Origin: Octopus sinensis
Taxonomy: Eukaryota
Reading direction: 5' to 3'
DNA length: 17,925 bases
Assembly (NCBI RefSeq): GCF_006345805.1
Contig: NW_021824615.1
Location: forward strand, 1 to 17,925
Shown here: positions 9,741 to 17,925 of the stretch, one piece after another
Numbering within the stretch: the first letter of the stretch is position 1
How the letters are laid out: the number at the start of each line of letters is the position of its first letter
Position numbers and translations under genes: made by a program
Notes under the pieces: model-generated
What the model saw: the letters and a program-made list of their open reading frames with translations, nothing else
Database searches by the model: none
Told to the model about the DNA's origin: nothing

Positions 9741-9965
9741 GCACTTATAAGCCACTCCTGCGCCTAGAAGCCACTCTTGCGCCTATACATATACATACAT
9801 ATATATATGGGTCTGTGTATGCATACAATTGTGTTTGCATATGTATATATGTATATATATATATATCAATAATAATAAAGGATAAAATTAATTAATTAAT
9901 TAATAATTAATAATTTTACCAAATAATTCGGTATGTTAAAAGAACCATTATCGGTAAACAAATAC

Positions 9966-10211
9966 AAGAATTCTATAATTATGAGTATAATTATAATTAG
10001 GGTTCAGCAAACTTTGCTTCACCATATACCGAAATTTAGAAATAGCAGTTAACCTACTATTACACTACTATAAGATATCTCCTACTCAACAACTCACTTA
10101 TGGTAGTAGAATAGTAGTTTAACTGGTATTTCTAAATTTTGGTATGTGGTGAAGCAAATTTTGCTGAACCCATTATAAATTATAATTTATACTCATAATT
10201 ATAGAATTCTT
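9966..10211. repeat. Long imperfect inverted repeat (fold-back), about 110-bp arms with a 22-bp spacer
   Basis: AAGAATTCTATAATTATGAGTATAA...GGGTTCAGCAAACTTTGCTTCACCATATACCGAAATTTAGAAATAGCAGTTAAC...CTACTATAAG (9966-10074) pairs with 10097-10211. Confidence 0.9.
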
Positions 10212-10249
10212 TATATATATATATTAATAATATATATATAATATGTATG

Positions 10250-10306
<57 letters not shown>
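10212..10306. repeat. (TA)n microsatellite
   Basis: Directly visible. Confidence 0.9.
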
Positions 10307-10310
<4 letters not shown>

Positions 10311-11139
10311 TGAATATTTAGATCGTAGACTCTAAATATGTATGCATTTACCCAAAATATGTGCAATGCCTTTCTTTTCTTTAAAAAAAGCCTAAGACAC
10401 AGGCATCTCCTTAGTTTCAACATCTCTGATATGTGTTGCATACTATAGCTGGTCATACCGAGAAAGGCAAATTTCTCAGTGAAAAATTCCCAGACCGGAG
10501 GACGTAAAAGTATGGGTTGTATACTCTCTTAACACCTGTTACAAGAGGTGCCCATCGTTTCCACATCTGTGTAACAGTGTATAAGTCATTTACGTGACTG
10601 CAAAGCCACATGTGTCCATCATATGTTTTAGAGAACAGCAAGCGATGGTTTTGCTCGAGATCGAGATGCACCCATGATGTGAGTATAAATGTAAATATGT
10701 GTATAATTATGGATCTACATACGTATGTATGTTTATGTGTGTAAGTATATGTATGAATGTATGTATGTATATACGTATGTATGTGTATAAATATTATATG
10801 TGTGTGTGTGTATGGGTATTTGGATGTGTATATGTGTGTATATGTACGCATGCACGGGTATAGATTTGCTCATTTATCTAAGAAGTTTGCTTCGCATTCT
10901 TGGAGTCAAAGGTTTGATGCGATTGTACAGCAACTCGGTAAGAGTCTTTTAGCTCGAAGTCGAGTCGGTTAAACCTTTCAAGTGAAATTAAGGTACCAAG
11001 AACCGCAAGTAAGCTCCTTGAATATATTTTACCTGTAATTTAAAAGGCGGAATGTCATTATACATCTTATCAGGTTAATTCTACTTCAGAATTATATTCA
11101 TTAGAGGATACTCAAACATACATACATAGTTGAGTATCG

Positions 11140-11535
11140 TATCGCCGTCGTTGTCATGTCTTGTACGTCAGCAGCACATTGATGAAACACAACGAAAGCC
11201 TTCTCGATTAAGCGCGAGTTCCCCAGTTACCTGCTCACTTTTGTCTAAGCAGCTCTTAATATTGTCCATTCATTACGTTCTTTGCCTGCCTTCTAATCTA
11301 CTGCCATCTTCTTTTCCTTTCATGATGATATTTTCCAAACCTCTGCTTCTTCGTATATGGCCATTAGAGATGAGGTTTTCTTTCTTCACAATGGTCAGGA
11401 GTTGTTGTTTCACCTACTTGTTGTAACACCCATTCGTTTGGCCGGGCCAGTGATCCTTGTAAGAGTCTCGTAGCATTCTCGTATACTCCCACGGTTCAAA
11501 CGCATTGATTATATTTTCTAACACGGCTTCAGAGT
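11140..11535 (-). pseudogene. RTE-clade (BovB-like) LINE 3' fragment, decayed ORF C-terminus
   Basis: With frameshifts the minus strand gives INAFEPWEYTRMLR...TN..VLQQVGE..LLTIVKKENLISNGHIRRSRGLENIIMKGKEDGSRLEGRQRT**MDNIK...NREGFR. This matches the RTE pattern IDAFEMW..RRMLR...KL.YFGHI.R...LEK.IM.GK..G.R.RGR....W.D.IK. Confidence 0.85.
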
Positions 11536-11544
11536 TTGAGGATG

Positions 11545-11680
11545 GAGTATAATCGATTATAACGACTCAAATACTGTACTGACTCTGAAGGATAGAAGAC
11601 TAAGATAATTTCAGTCGTAACTAGATATCGGAAAGCGCGTTTTGTCAGCTGCTCTATCGATTCTCCCCATTCAGTCGACC
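11545..11680 (-). mobile_element. Old SINE family A copy
   Basis: GACTCTGAAGGATAGAAGACTAAG and TTTTGTCAGCTGCTCTATCGATTCTCCCCATTC weakly match the reverse-complement body and head of family A. Confidence 0.4.
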
Positions 11681-11718
11681 CCACTGCTTTATCATAAAAG
11701 ACTGATATTCACTCTATC

Positions 11719-11771
<53 letters not shown>

Positions 11772-11774
<3 letters not shown>

Positions 11775-11900
11775 ACCTACATACGTGGTTGGCGATTTCT
11801 TTTCCTTCATTTAGCTTTTGTCTTTCTCCTTTTCGACGAAGAGCTATGCATGAAACGTCAAAAGCTCTCACCTTTTACTGAGCGTCAAAAATACATTCCT
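11772..11900 (+). mobile_element. Short HHR-bearing repeat (probable Penelope-like pLTR remnant), degenerate copy
   Basis: TCGACGAAGAGCTATGCATGAAACGTC plus downstream CTGAGCGTC, homologous to the minus-strand copy at 12247-12440; flanked by (TA)n. Confidence 0.55.
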
Positions 11901-11951
11901 TGTATGTATATATATATATATGTATGTGTGGTGTGTGTGTGTGTGCGTGTG

Positions 11952-12023
<72 letters not shown>

Positions 12024-12034
12024 TATATAGAAGG

Positions 12035-12085
12035 AGCTTCTACAGGACTAGTACTGTTTCATTCAAGAGAAATCTTCAGGAAGCT
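12035..12085 (-). ncRNA. Type I hammerhead ribozyme, mirror copy (predicted cleavage between 12041 and 12040)
   Basis: Same sequence on the minus strand; the single indel only lengthens the stem III loop to 8 nt (TACTAGTC). Confidence 0.8.
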
Positions 12086-12131
12086 TCCTGAAGATTTCTC
12101 TTGAATGAAACAGTACTAGTCTGTAGAAGCT
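12082..12131 (+). ncRNA. Type I hammerhead ribozyme (predicted cleavage after GUA, between 12125 and 12126)
   Basis: Stem I AGCTTC/GAAGCT, core CTGAAGA, stem II TTC/GAA with loop TCTT (U.U at the base), GAA, stem III ACAG/CTGT with 7-nt loop, NUH = GUA. Confidence 0.8.
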
Positions 12132-12214
12132 CCTTCTATATAATAAATTAATTTTACTCTGCTATGTATTGAGTACCTTACTTACTGTGGTTAACCCCGG
12201 ATCAACCCGGGACC

Positions 12215-12246
<32 letters not shown>

Positions 12247-12250
<4 letters not shown>

Positions 12251-12440
12251 TAATCCAAATATGAAAACACAAAGAGAAATCACAACAACTCGAGGATGTG
12301 GAACAAGTATAGTGTTATTGGACGCTCAGGAAAGCAAAGAAAGAAGGAGGATTTAACGTTTCGAGCGGAGCTCTTCGTCAGAAACATAGGAAAACGGAAG
12401 ATCCAAGGAAGGGAAGACGGAGGAAAAAAATCTCGGTCAC
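12247..12440 (-). mobile_element. Short HHR-bearing repeat (probable Penelope-like pLTR remnant)
   Basis: Contains the minimal HHR at 12351-12385, is homologous to 11772-11900 and is flanked by (TA)n on both sides. Confidence 0.6.
12351..12385 (-). ncRNA. Minimal dimer-type hammerhead ribozyme
   Basis: Reverse complement GTTT-CTGACGA-A-GAGC-TCC-GCTC-GAA-ACGT-T-AAAT: core, 4-bp stem II, palindromic ACGT stem III without a loop, NUH = GUU, short stem I. Confidence 0.65.
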
Positions 12441-12449
12441 ATATTGAAT

Positions 12450-12538
<89 letters not shown>

Positions 12539-12571
12539 GTGTGTGTGTGTGTGTGTGTGTGTGTATAAGAC

Positions 12572-12723
12572 TAGCATCCGCACTGTTTCAGTCTACCAAA
12601 TTTATCACAAGGCATACGTAGGTCCGGAGCCATAGCAAAAGACACTAGCCGCGTAGTGGGACAGATCTCGAGGTCAGGTGGTTGCATAACGAGCTCGTTA
12701 ACTACAGACCCATACCCGTGCCT
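12572..12723 (-). mobile_element. SINE family B 5' half, diverged
   Basis: TTTCAGTCTACCAAATTTATCACAAGGC...CATAGCAAAAGACACT...AGTGGGAC matches the reverse complement of 9585-9740. Confidence 0.6.
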
Positions 12724-13000
12724 AAAGGAGGATGCTTTGTATCTTTAATCAGGAAGAAAGCGATTACTCATGGCACAGAAGAGAGTAAGAAAGCTATCCT
12801 GAAGCCTGATCCTAATACTTGCAACAGAGTGGACTCCGCTAAAAGCATCCAAAATATCAGATGGTGGTAGTAAACCGGGCAATAGGCTTAAGTCAACTAC
12901 CCATGTATTGGTCATGGAGAAATCTTAACTTGGAACTGAAATAAACAGTGCATGACATCTAGAGGAATGTTCTTATACTTCCAGCAACCCGTTCCCCTAG

Positions 13001-13138
13001 ATTGGTACTATTTTATTCGACCTCGAAAGGAGGAAAAGCAAATTTGACCACAGCGGGATTCGAACTTAGAGCGCAGAAAGTCGAAACAAATATGGCGAAT
13101 CATCCTGTCCGGCGCCCTAACACGTCTGCCATTTACTC
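13001..13138 (-). mobile_element. SINE family A copy
   Basis: TGGTACTATTTTATTCGACCTCGAAAGGAGGAAAAGCAAATTTGACC; canonical B box GTTCGAATCCC on the minus strand at about 13055-13065. Confidence 0.7.
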
Positions 13139-13328
13139 ATTTAATGGACGTAATGTGGCAGCTCAGTCGAGTGAACAACTGGATTAGTCATCGACGAATA
13201 CGACGGAGAATCTATTTAATCTTGTCTTATTGCATGGATGTATGCGAGCGCACATCTGCATGTGTGTAAAACTGTGTCTATAAGTATGTATCTATGCATG
13301 TATATATGTATGTATGTGTGCATGTGTG

Positions 13329-13369
<41 letters not shown>

Positions 13370-13767
13370 ATATATATGAATGTATGTGCATATATACGCA
13401 CGCATGTACGCAAGCGCACGAACACACGCGCGCGCTCATATAACATATATTTAAGTGTATGGGTGTATATGATGTATATATAAGCATTTAACTTCCTGTT
13501 TGTGTTTTCATGTGTGTACAAAAACATACATACACACACACACATATATATACATACATATATACACACATATATAAACATACATATACATACGCACTTA
13601 CAGAAATATATAGATTTGAATGTATTCATGCATGTATGTATGTATGTATATTAGTATGTATATATATGTATAATGCGCACACATCATGTGATGCAGTTAA
13701 GCAAGCAACTGTTTTACGACGCAATCATGCATTGAAAAACATTGCAATAAGCACGCACGTTAGTCAC

Positions 13768-14470
13768 GGTTGGTGGTGTTGGTGGTGGTGGTAGTAATGG
13801 TGGTGACGGTGATGGTGGTAGTGGTGTCGGTGATGGTGGTGGTAGTGGCGGGTGATTCCTGTTGATGCTGGTTGTGATGATGGTATTGGTGCTCTTAGAG
13901 CTGCTGTTGTTGAGAGTTAAAATAATGACGGTGGTGGTAGTGGCAGTGATGGTGGTGCTGGTCTTGATGGTTGTGTTGTGGCGGCAATAGTAGTGCTGGT
14001 GGAGGTGGTAATGATAGGGGTTGTTGTTGTTCGTGTTGATGGTAATGGTGGTGATGGTAATGGTGTTGGCGCTGTTAGTATTGTTATTCGTGCTTACAAT
14101 GATGATGATAGTGGTTGTGGCGCATGTGATGGTGGTGGTGGTGGCGGAGCTAGTGGTGGTGATAGTGGTGGTGGCGGTGGCAGTGGTGGTGGCGGCGGTG
14201 GTGGCGGTGGCAGCGGTAGTGGTGGTAGTGGTGGTATGGTGGTGGTGGTAGTGGTGGTGGTGGTGGTAGTGGTGGTGATGGTAGTGGTGGTGGTGGTGGT
14301 GGTGGTGGTAGTGGTGGTGGTGGTGGTGGGTGTTGGTGTTGGTGGTGGTGTTGGTGGTGGTGGTGGCGGCGGTGGCGGTGGTGGTGTCGGCGGTGGAGGG
14401 GGGTGGCGGCGGTGGCGGTGGTGGTGGTGGTGGTGGTGGTGACGGTGATGGTGACGGTGATGGTGACGAT
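13768..14470. repeat. Long degenerate (GGT)n/(GGC)n/(GTT)n trinucleotide field
   Basis: Directly visible; explains the poly-T/H/P/G/V ORFs. Confidence 0.92.
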
Positions 14471-14817
14471 ATGAATACATTATTGCCGTTGGTAGTGTTT
14501 CTTAGCCCCAGGTCAGCATGATCGGACATAGACCTATGACAAGGTCACGGATCAAATGTCTTCTATCCGTGACTTTGCCATCTTATTTATCTAGCACCTC
14601 ATTATCATTGTGTTCTTCCTACGCAGCAGGCCGTGGGGTTTTTTTTCTGGTTGAGGTGATACTGATGAAGTGGAGGTGGTGTTAATTGTTGTGTTGCTGA
14701 TTGACTTTAGCTGTCTCTAACTTCTGTATATCTCATGAAGTCTCTAAGGTGTAGACAAGAATAAAGTTGCATTTATTTATGGATGACTAGTAGTGGTCCA
14801 TCCCCAACAAAGTATAG

Positions 14818-14966
14818 TCCTTGTTGTGTGGTAGCTTGTGAGCCCTAATGACCCTGAGAGCAATGCTAACGGAGTACAAGCTCCTGCACCACCTCTTTGT
14901 AGAGGTAAAATTTGGGTCTACGTAGAGCCAACATCCCTACCTTGAAAAATGTAAAGTTACAGATGC
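14818..14966 (+). mobile_element. Possible RTE-clade LINE 5'-UTR fragment
   Basis: CCTTGTTGTG..GCTTG..AATGACCCTGAGAGCAATGC..GGAGTACAAGCTCCTG and GCCAACATCCCTACCTTGAAAAA...GTTAC resemble motifs I recall from RTE 5' regions; unverified. Confidence 0.4.
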
Positions 14967-15471
14967 TTTGATGAGAAATGAAAACCAACAAGACCGGGGA
15001 GAGAAAAGCATTCATCCCCCACCCCCACCCCCCGGGTAAATGTATGAATCCACAGGATAGATAGAAGGGGTGCCACCCTATACTGAGGCAGAACTGAAAA
15101 TGCAGAGATCGAACTGGAAAGATGCAGAAAAAAACAGCTCAAACTAAAAAAAAAGTCGTGAAAAGTCACCGATGGCCCACGTTCACTTGGGAACAAAGGA
15201 TTTAAGTTGTAAAAGTTGCAAATAGTAAGCAACTGTCCGTGGAAATCTCTCCTTTTTCTTCCACCGATGTTATCCAAAGGCCGAGATATCTTGGGACCAG
15301 TGTCGCCACGGACCTTACTTTTAGAACGCAAAAATGGTATGGGATAATGCTATAGTCGTCGTCGCTGTTGTTCATGTTGTTGTTGGGGTCCTGGTCAATC
15401 CTAAACGCGAAGACTTATGGCTCGTCTTTTTCTATTTCCAAATCTACATTGACCCATCATCATATCTTTCT

Positions 15472-16020
15472 GAGAGCTGGCAGAATCGCTAGCAGCCTGG
15501 GCGAAATGCTCAGCGGTATTCCGTTCAAATTCCGCCGAGGTCGACTTTGCCTTTCGTCCTTTTGGACGCATTGGGACCGATGTCGACTTAATCCGTTTGT
15601 CTGTCCTTGTTTGTCTCATCTTTGTTTAGCCCCTTGTGGGTTGTAAAGAAATAGGTATTTCGTCTGCCGCTACGTTCTGAGTTCAAATTCCGCCGAGGTC
15701 GACTTTGCCTTTCATCCTTTCGGCGTCGATTAAATAAGTACCAGCTACGGACAGGGGTCGATGTAATCGACTTAATCCGTTTGTCTGTCCTTGTTTGTCC
15801 CATCTGTGTTTAGCCCCTTGTGGGTAGTAAAGAAATAGGTATTTCGTCTGCCGCTACGTTCTGAGTTCAAATTCCGCCGAGGTCGACTTTGCCTTTCATC
15901 CTTTCGGGGTCGATAAAATAAGTACCAGTTACGCACTGGAGTGATGTAATCGACTTAATCCGTTTGTCTGTCCTTGTTTGTCCCCTCTATGTTTAGCCCC
16001 CTGCGGGCAATAAAGAAATT
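15472..16020 (+). mobile_element. SINE family A head followed by three tandem body units
   Basis: Head GAGCTGGCAGAATCG (A box). Units start at GGTATT 15515 (139 bp, deleted), 15654 (184 bp) and 15838 (about 183 bp); each contains GTTCAAATTCCGCCGAGGTCGACTTTGCC. Confidence 0.92.
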
Positions 16021-16434
16021 AATATTTAATTTGAAGGAATTTAGCTGTTATTTCTAAGAAGTCGGACGGCCACGTAAAGGCCTTCTTCTTTCCATGGGTG
16101 TTGTCATTTACGGCAACAGTGGATAATAGAGGGGTGCAGTAGCAATAGAAGTGGTGTTGATGGTGATGGGGATGTCACTGAAAGTGTTGGTAATAGCCAT
16201 AGTATAGGGTGAGTTGATGGTAATAGTGGTGTTGAAGGTAGTGGTCGGTCGTGGTGATAATAGTAGTGGTGGGGACAATGGTTCTTGTATTGATAGGGGT
16301 GGGCAATGGATAATGATGTTGATCGTAGTAGCTCTAGTATAGGTGGTAGTGGTGGTGGTGGTAGTGGAGGTGATGCTTGGAGCAATAACGGATATGGTGA
16401 GATTGACAGTGATATTAAAGATGATGTCAGCTGT

Positions 16435-16531
16435 TGATGGTGGTGGTGATGCCAGTGAAGATGACGTTGATGATGATGTTGATGATGATGGTGATGATGA
16501 TGATGAAGATGATGATGATGATGATGATGAT

Positions 16532-16567
<36 letters not shown>

Positions 16568-16580
16568 GTGGTGGTGATTA
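16435..16580. repeat. (GAT)n microsatellite
   Basis: Directly visible. Confidence 0.93.
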
Positions 16581-16733
16581 TGTGAACGAAAGTATGTATA
16601 GGATTTATTGAGAGTGGAATTAGGCAGAGTGAGGAGCGGGTGGAGGGTAGTGTCACGCTGGTGATGCTGAACGGGTGTAATGTGAGTGTGTGGGTGGTGG
16701 TGCAGTAATGGTAAAATGAGATTCCCAGAATTA

Positions 16734-17270
16734 GGAGGAGGAGAAGATAGGGGAGGGAGGGGGAGAGAAAACAGACAAAAAATATGAAGGAATGGCTGAG
16801 TAGAGAATAGGCGGAAGTGAGAGACAGCGTGAAAGAATGAGAGATGGAAAGAGAGAGAAAGAGTGAGGGAGAAAAGAAAGACAGAGGGAGTAAAGAAAGA
16901 GAGAGTGGAAAAGAAAGAGGGGGAAATGAAGAGATAAGTGAGAGAGAGAAAATGGAGAAGAGAGGAACAATGTGAAAGAACACGATAGAGAGAGAGAGAG
17001 AGAGTAGAAGGGGGGAAGAATAAGAGAGGGGAAGAAAGACAAGAGAGAGAGAGAGAGGGTGAGAAAGACAAGAGAGAAAGAGAGAGAGAGAGAGGGTGAG
17101 AAAGACAAGAGAGAAAGAGAGAGAGAGAGAGCGAGAGAATATGAGAAAGAGAAGGTGAGAGGAGGAAGGTGAGAGAGAAAGAAGGTGAGAGAGAAGGTGA
17201 GAGAGCAGGTGAGAGAGAGAAGGTTTGAGAGAGAGAGAGAGAAGAGGAGAGAGACAAAGAGAAGCGGGGG
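16734..17270. repeat. Purine-rich (GA)n-derived tract with short recurring sub-units (GAAAGACAAGAGAG, AGGTGAGAG)
   Basis: Plus strand is mostly A/G over about 530 bp. Confidence 0.88.
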
Positions 17271-17627
17271 ATGTAATGGCGGGTTTCGTCCATAAAAGTC
17301 GAATCAATAAACTGAAGTTTGGTCGAACAAGCAGTTTGAACAATATATGTTTCTAATAAATGTGTGAAACCTGCCAGAATTTGGTTGGAGCGAATCCAAA
17401 ATTCTGTTAACCATTTATAAGTATGATTGCTGTATGGCCCATTAGAGAGAGAGAGGAGAGTTAGTGAGAGGGAGGGAGGGAGAGAGAGGGAGAGAGAAGA
17501 GGTACGTGTGTGTGTGTGTGTGTGATGGCGGAGAAATTACCGTGTTGCTGACAAGGACACGAAAATGAAGACAAGAAATCACTAACTGAACAGAAATCGA
17601 TATTTAAATTCATTAAACCTTGAAATG

Positions 17628-17800
17628 ATGTATGTATGCATGCATGCATGTATGTGTGTATATATGTATGTATGTATTTATGTGTGTATGTATGTGTGTA
17701 TGTGTGTATGTATGTATGTATTTATGTGTGTATGTATGTGTGTATGTATGTATGTATGTATGTATGTATGTATGTATGTATGTATGTGTGTATGTATGTA
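17628..17800. repeat. (TATG)n microsatellite
   Basis: Directly visible. Confidence 0.92.
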
Positions 17801-17925
17801 TACATATATATGTGGGTATCTCCCCTTCTCTGTATGTGTGTGTGTGCGCGGGTGTGAACATATATACATATATATATATAACGTATCTCTCTCTATATAT
17901 ATGTGTGTGTATGTGTGTGTGTATA

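Larger units (their letters stand above)
12018..12148. repeat. 131-bp spacerless palindrome
   Basis: Arms 12018-12083 (66 nt) and 12084-12148 (65 nt) are exact reverse complements apart from one extra G at 12045/12046; centre AAGCTT. Confidence 0.97.

Noticed and set aside
10453-10680. Non-repetitive segment as a candidate exon
   Set aside because: No recognisable protein similarity in any frame and no convincing splice-site pair.
12119-12121. GUC as the cleavage triplet of the palindromic hammerhead
   Set aside because: It leaves stem I out of register. GUA at 12123-12125 gives a perfect 4-bp stem III and 6-bp stem I.
13714-14529. 271-aa poly-T/H/P ORF and overlapping poly-G/V ORFs
   Set aside because: Translation of a (GGT)n trinucleotide field that is open in several frames on both strands; no domain.
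15515-16020. Tandem array as CRISPR
   Set aside because: Eukaryotic context; 184-bp near-identical units with no unique spacers; SINE-derived.
16108-17343. 411-aa and 288-aa S/L-rich ORFs
   Set aside because: Made of (CT)n and (ATC)n repeats that lack stops by composition.
17377-17408. CAGAATTTGG...CCAAAATTCTG hairpin
   Set aside because: About 10-bp AT-rich stem with a bulge; plausible by chance.

Overview
AT-rich, microsatellite-saturated eukaryotic intergenic or intronic DNA. The tRNA-derived SINE families and (TA)n/(TG)n load suggest an octopus or other coleoid cephalopod (inference, not checked against a database). I recognise no host protein-coding exon; almost all listed ORFs are simple repeats read in frame. 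Supported content: many copies of three tRNA-derived SINE families (labelled A, B and C here); a 566-bp internally deleted mariner with 30-bp TIRs and TA flanks (1753-2318); a 423-bp MITE with perfect 29-bp TIRs that carries (TTAGGG)3; decayed RTE-clade and R4/Dong-like LINE fragments; and a 246-bp fold-back. The main result is a cluster of four hammerhead-ribozyme (HHR) motifs within about 560 bp (11826-12385). Its centre is a 131-bp spacerless palindrome (12018-12148) made of two overlapping, oppositely oriented type I hammerheads. It is flanked by two convergent copies of a second, minimal dimer-type HHR element, each set in (TA)n, which resembles Penelope-like-element pLTR remnants. All alignments and folds were done by eye, and ribozyme activity is untested.
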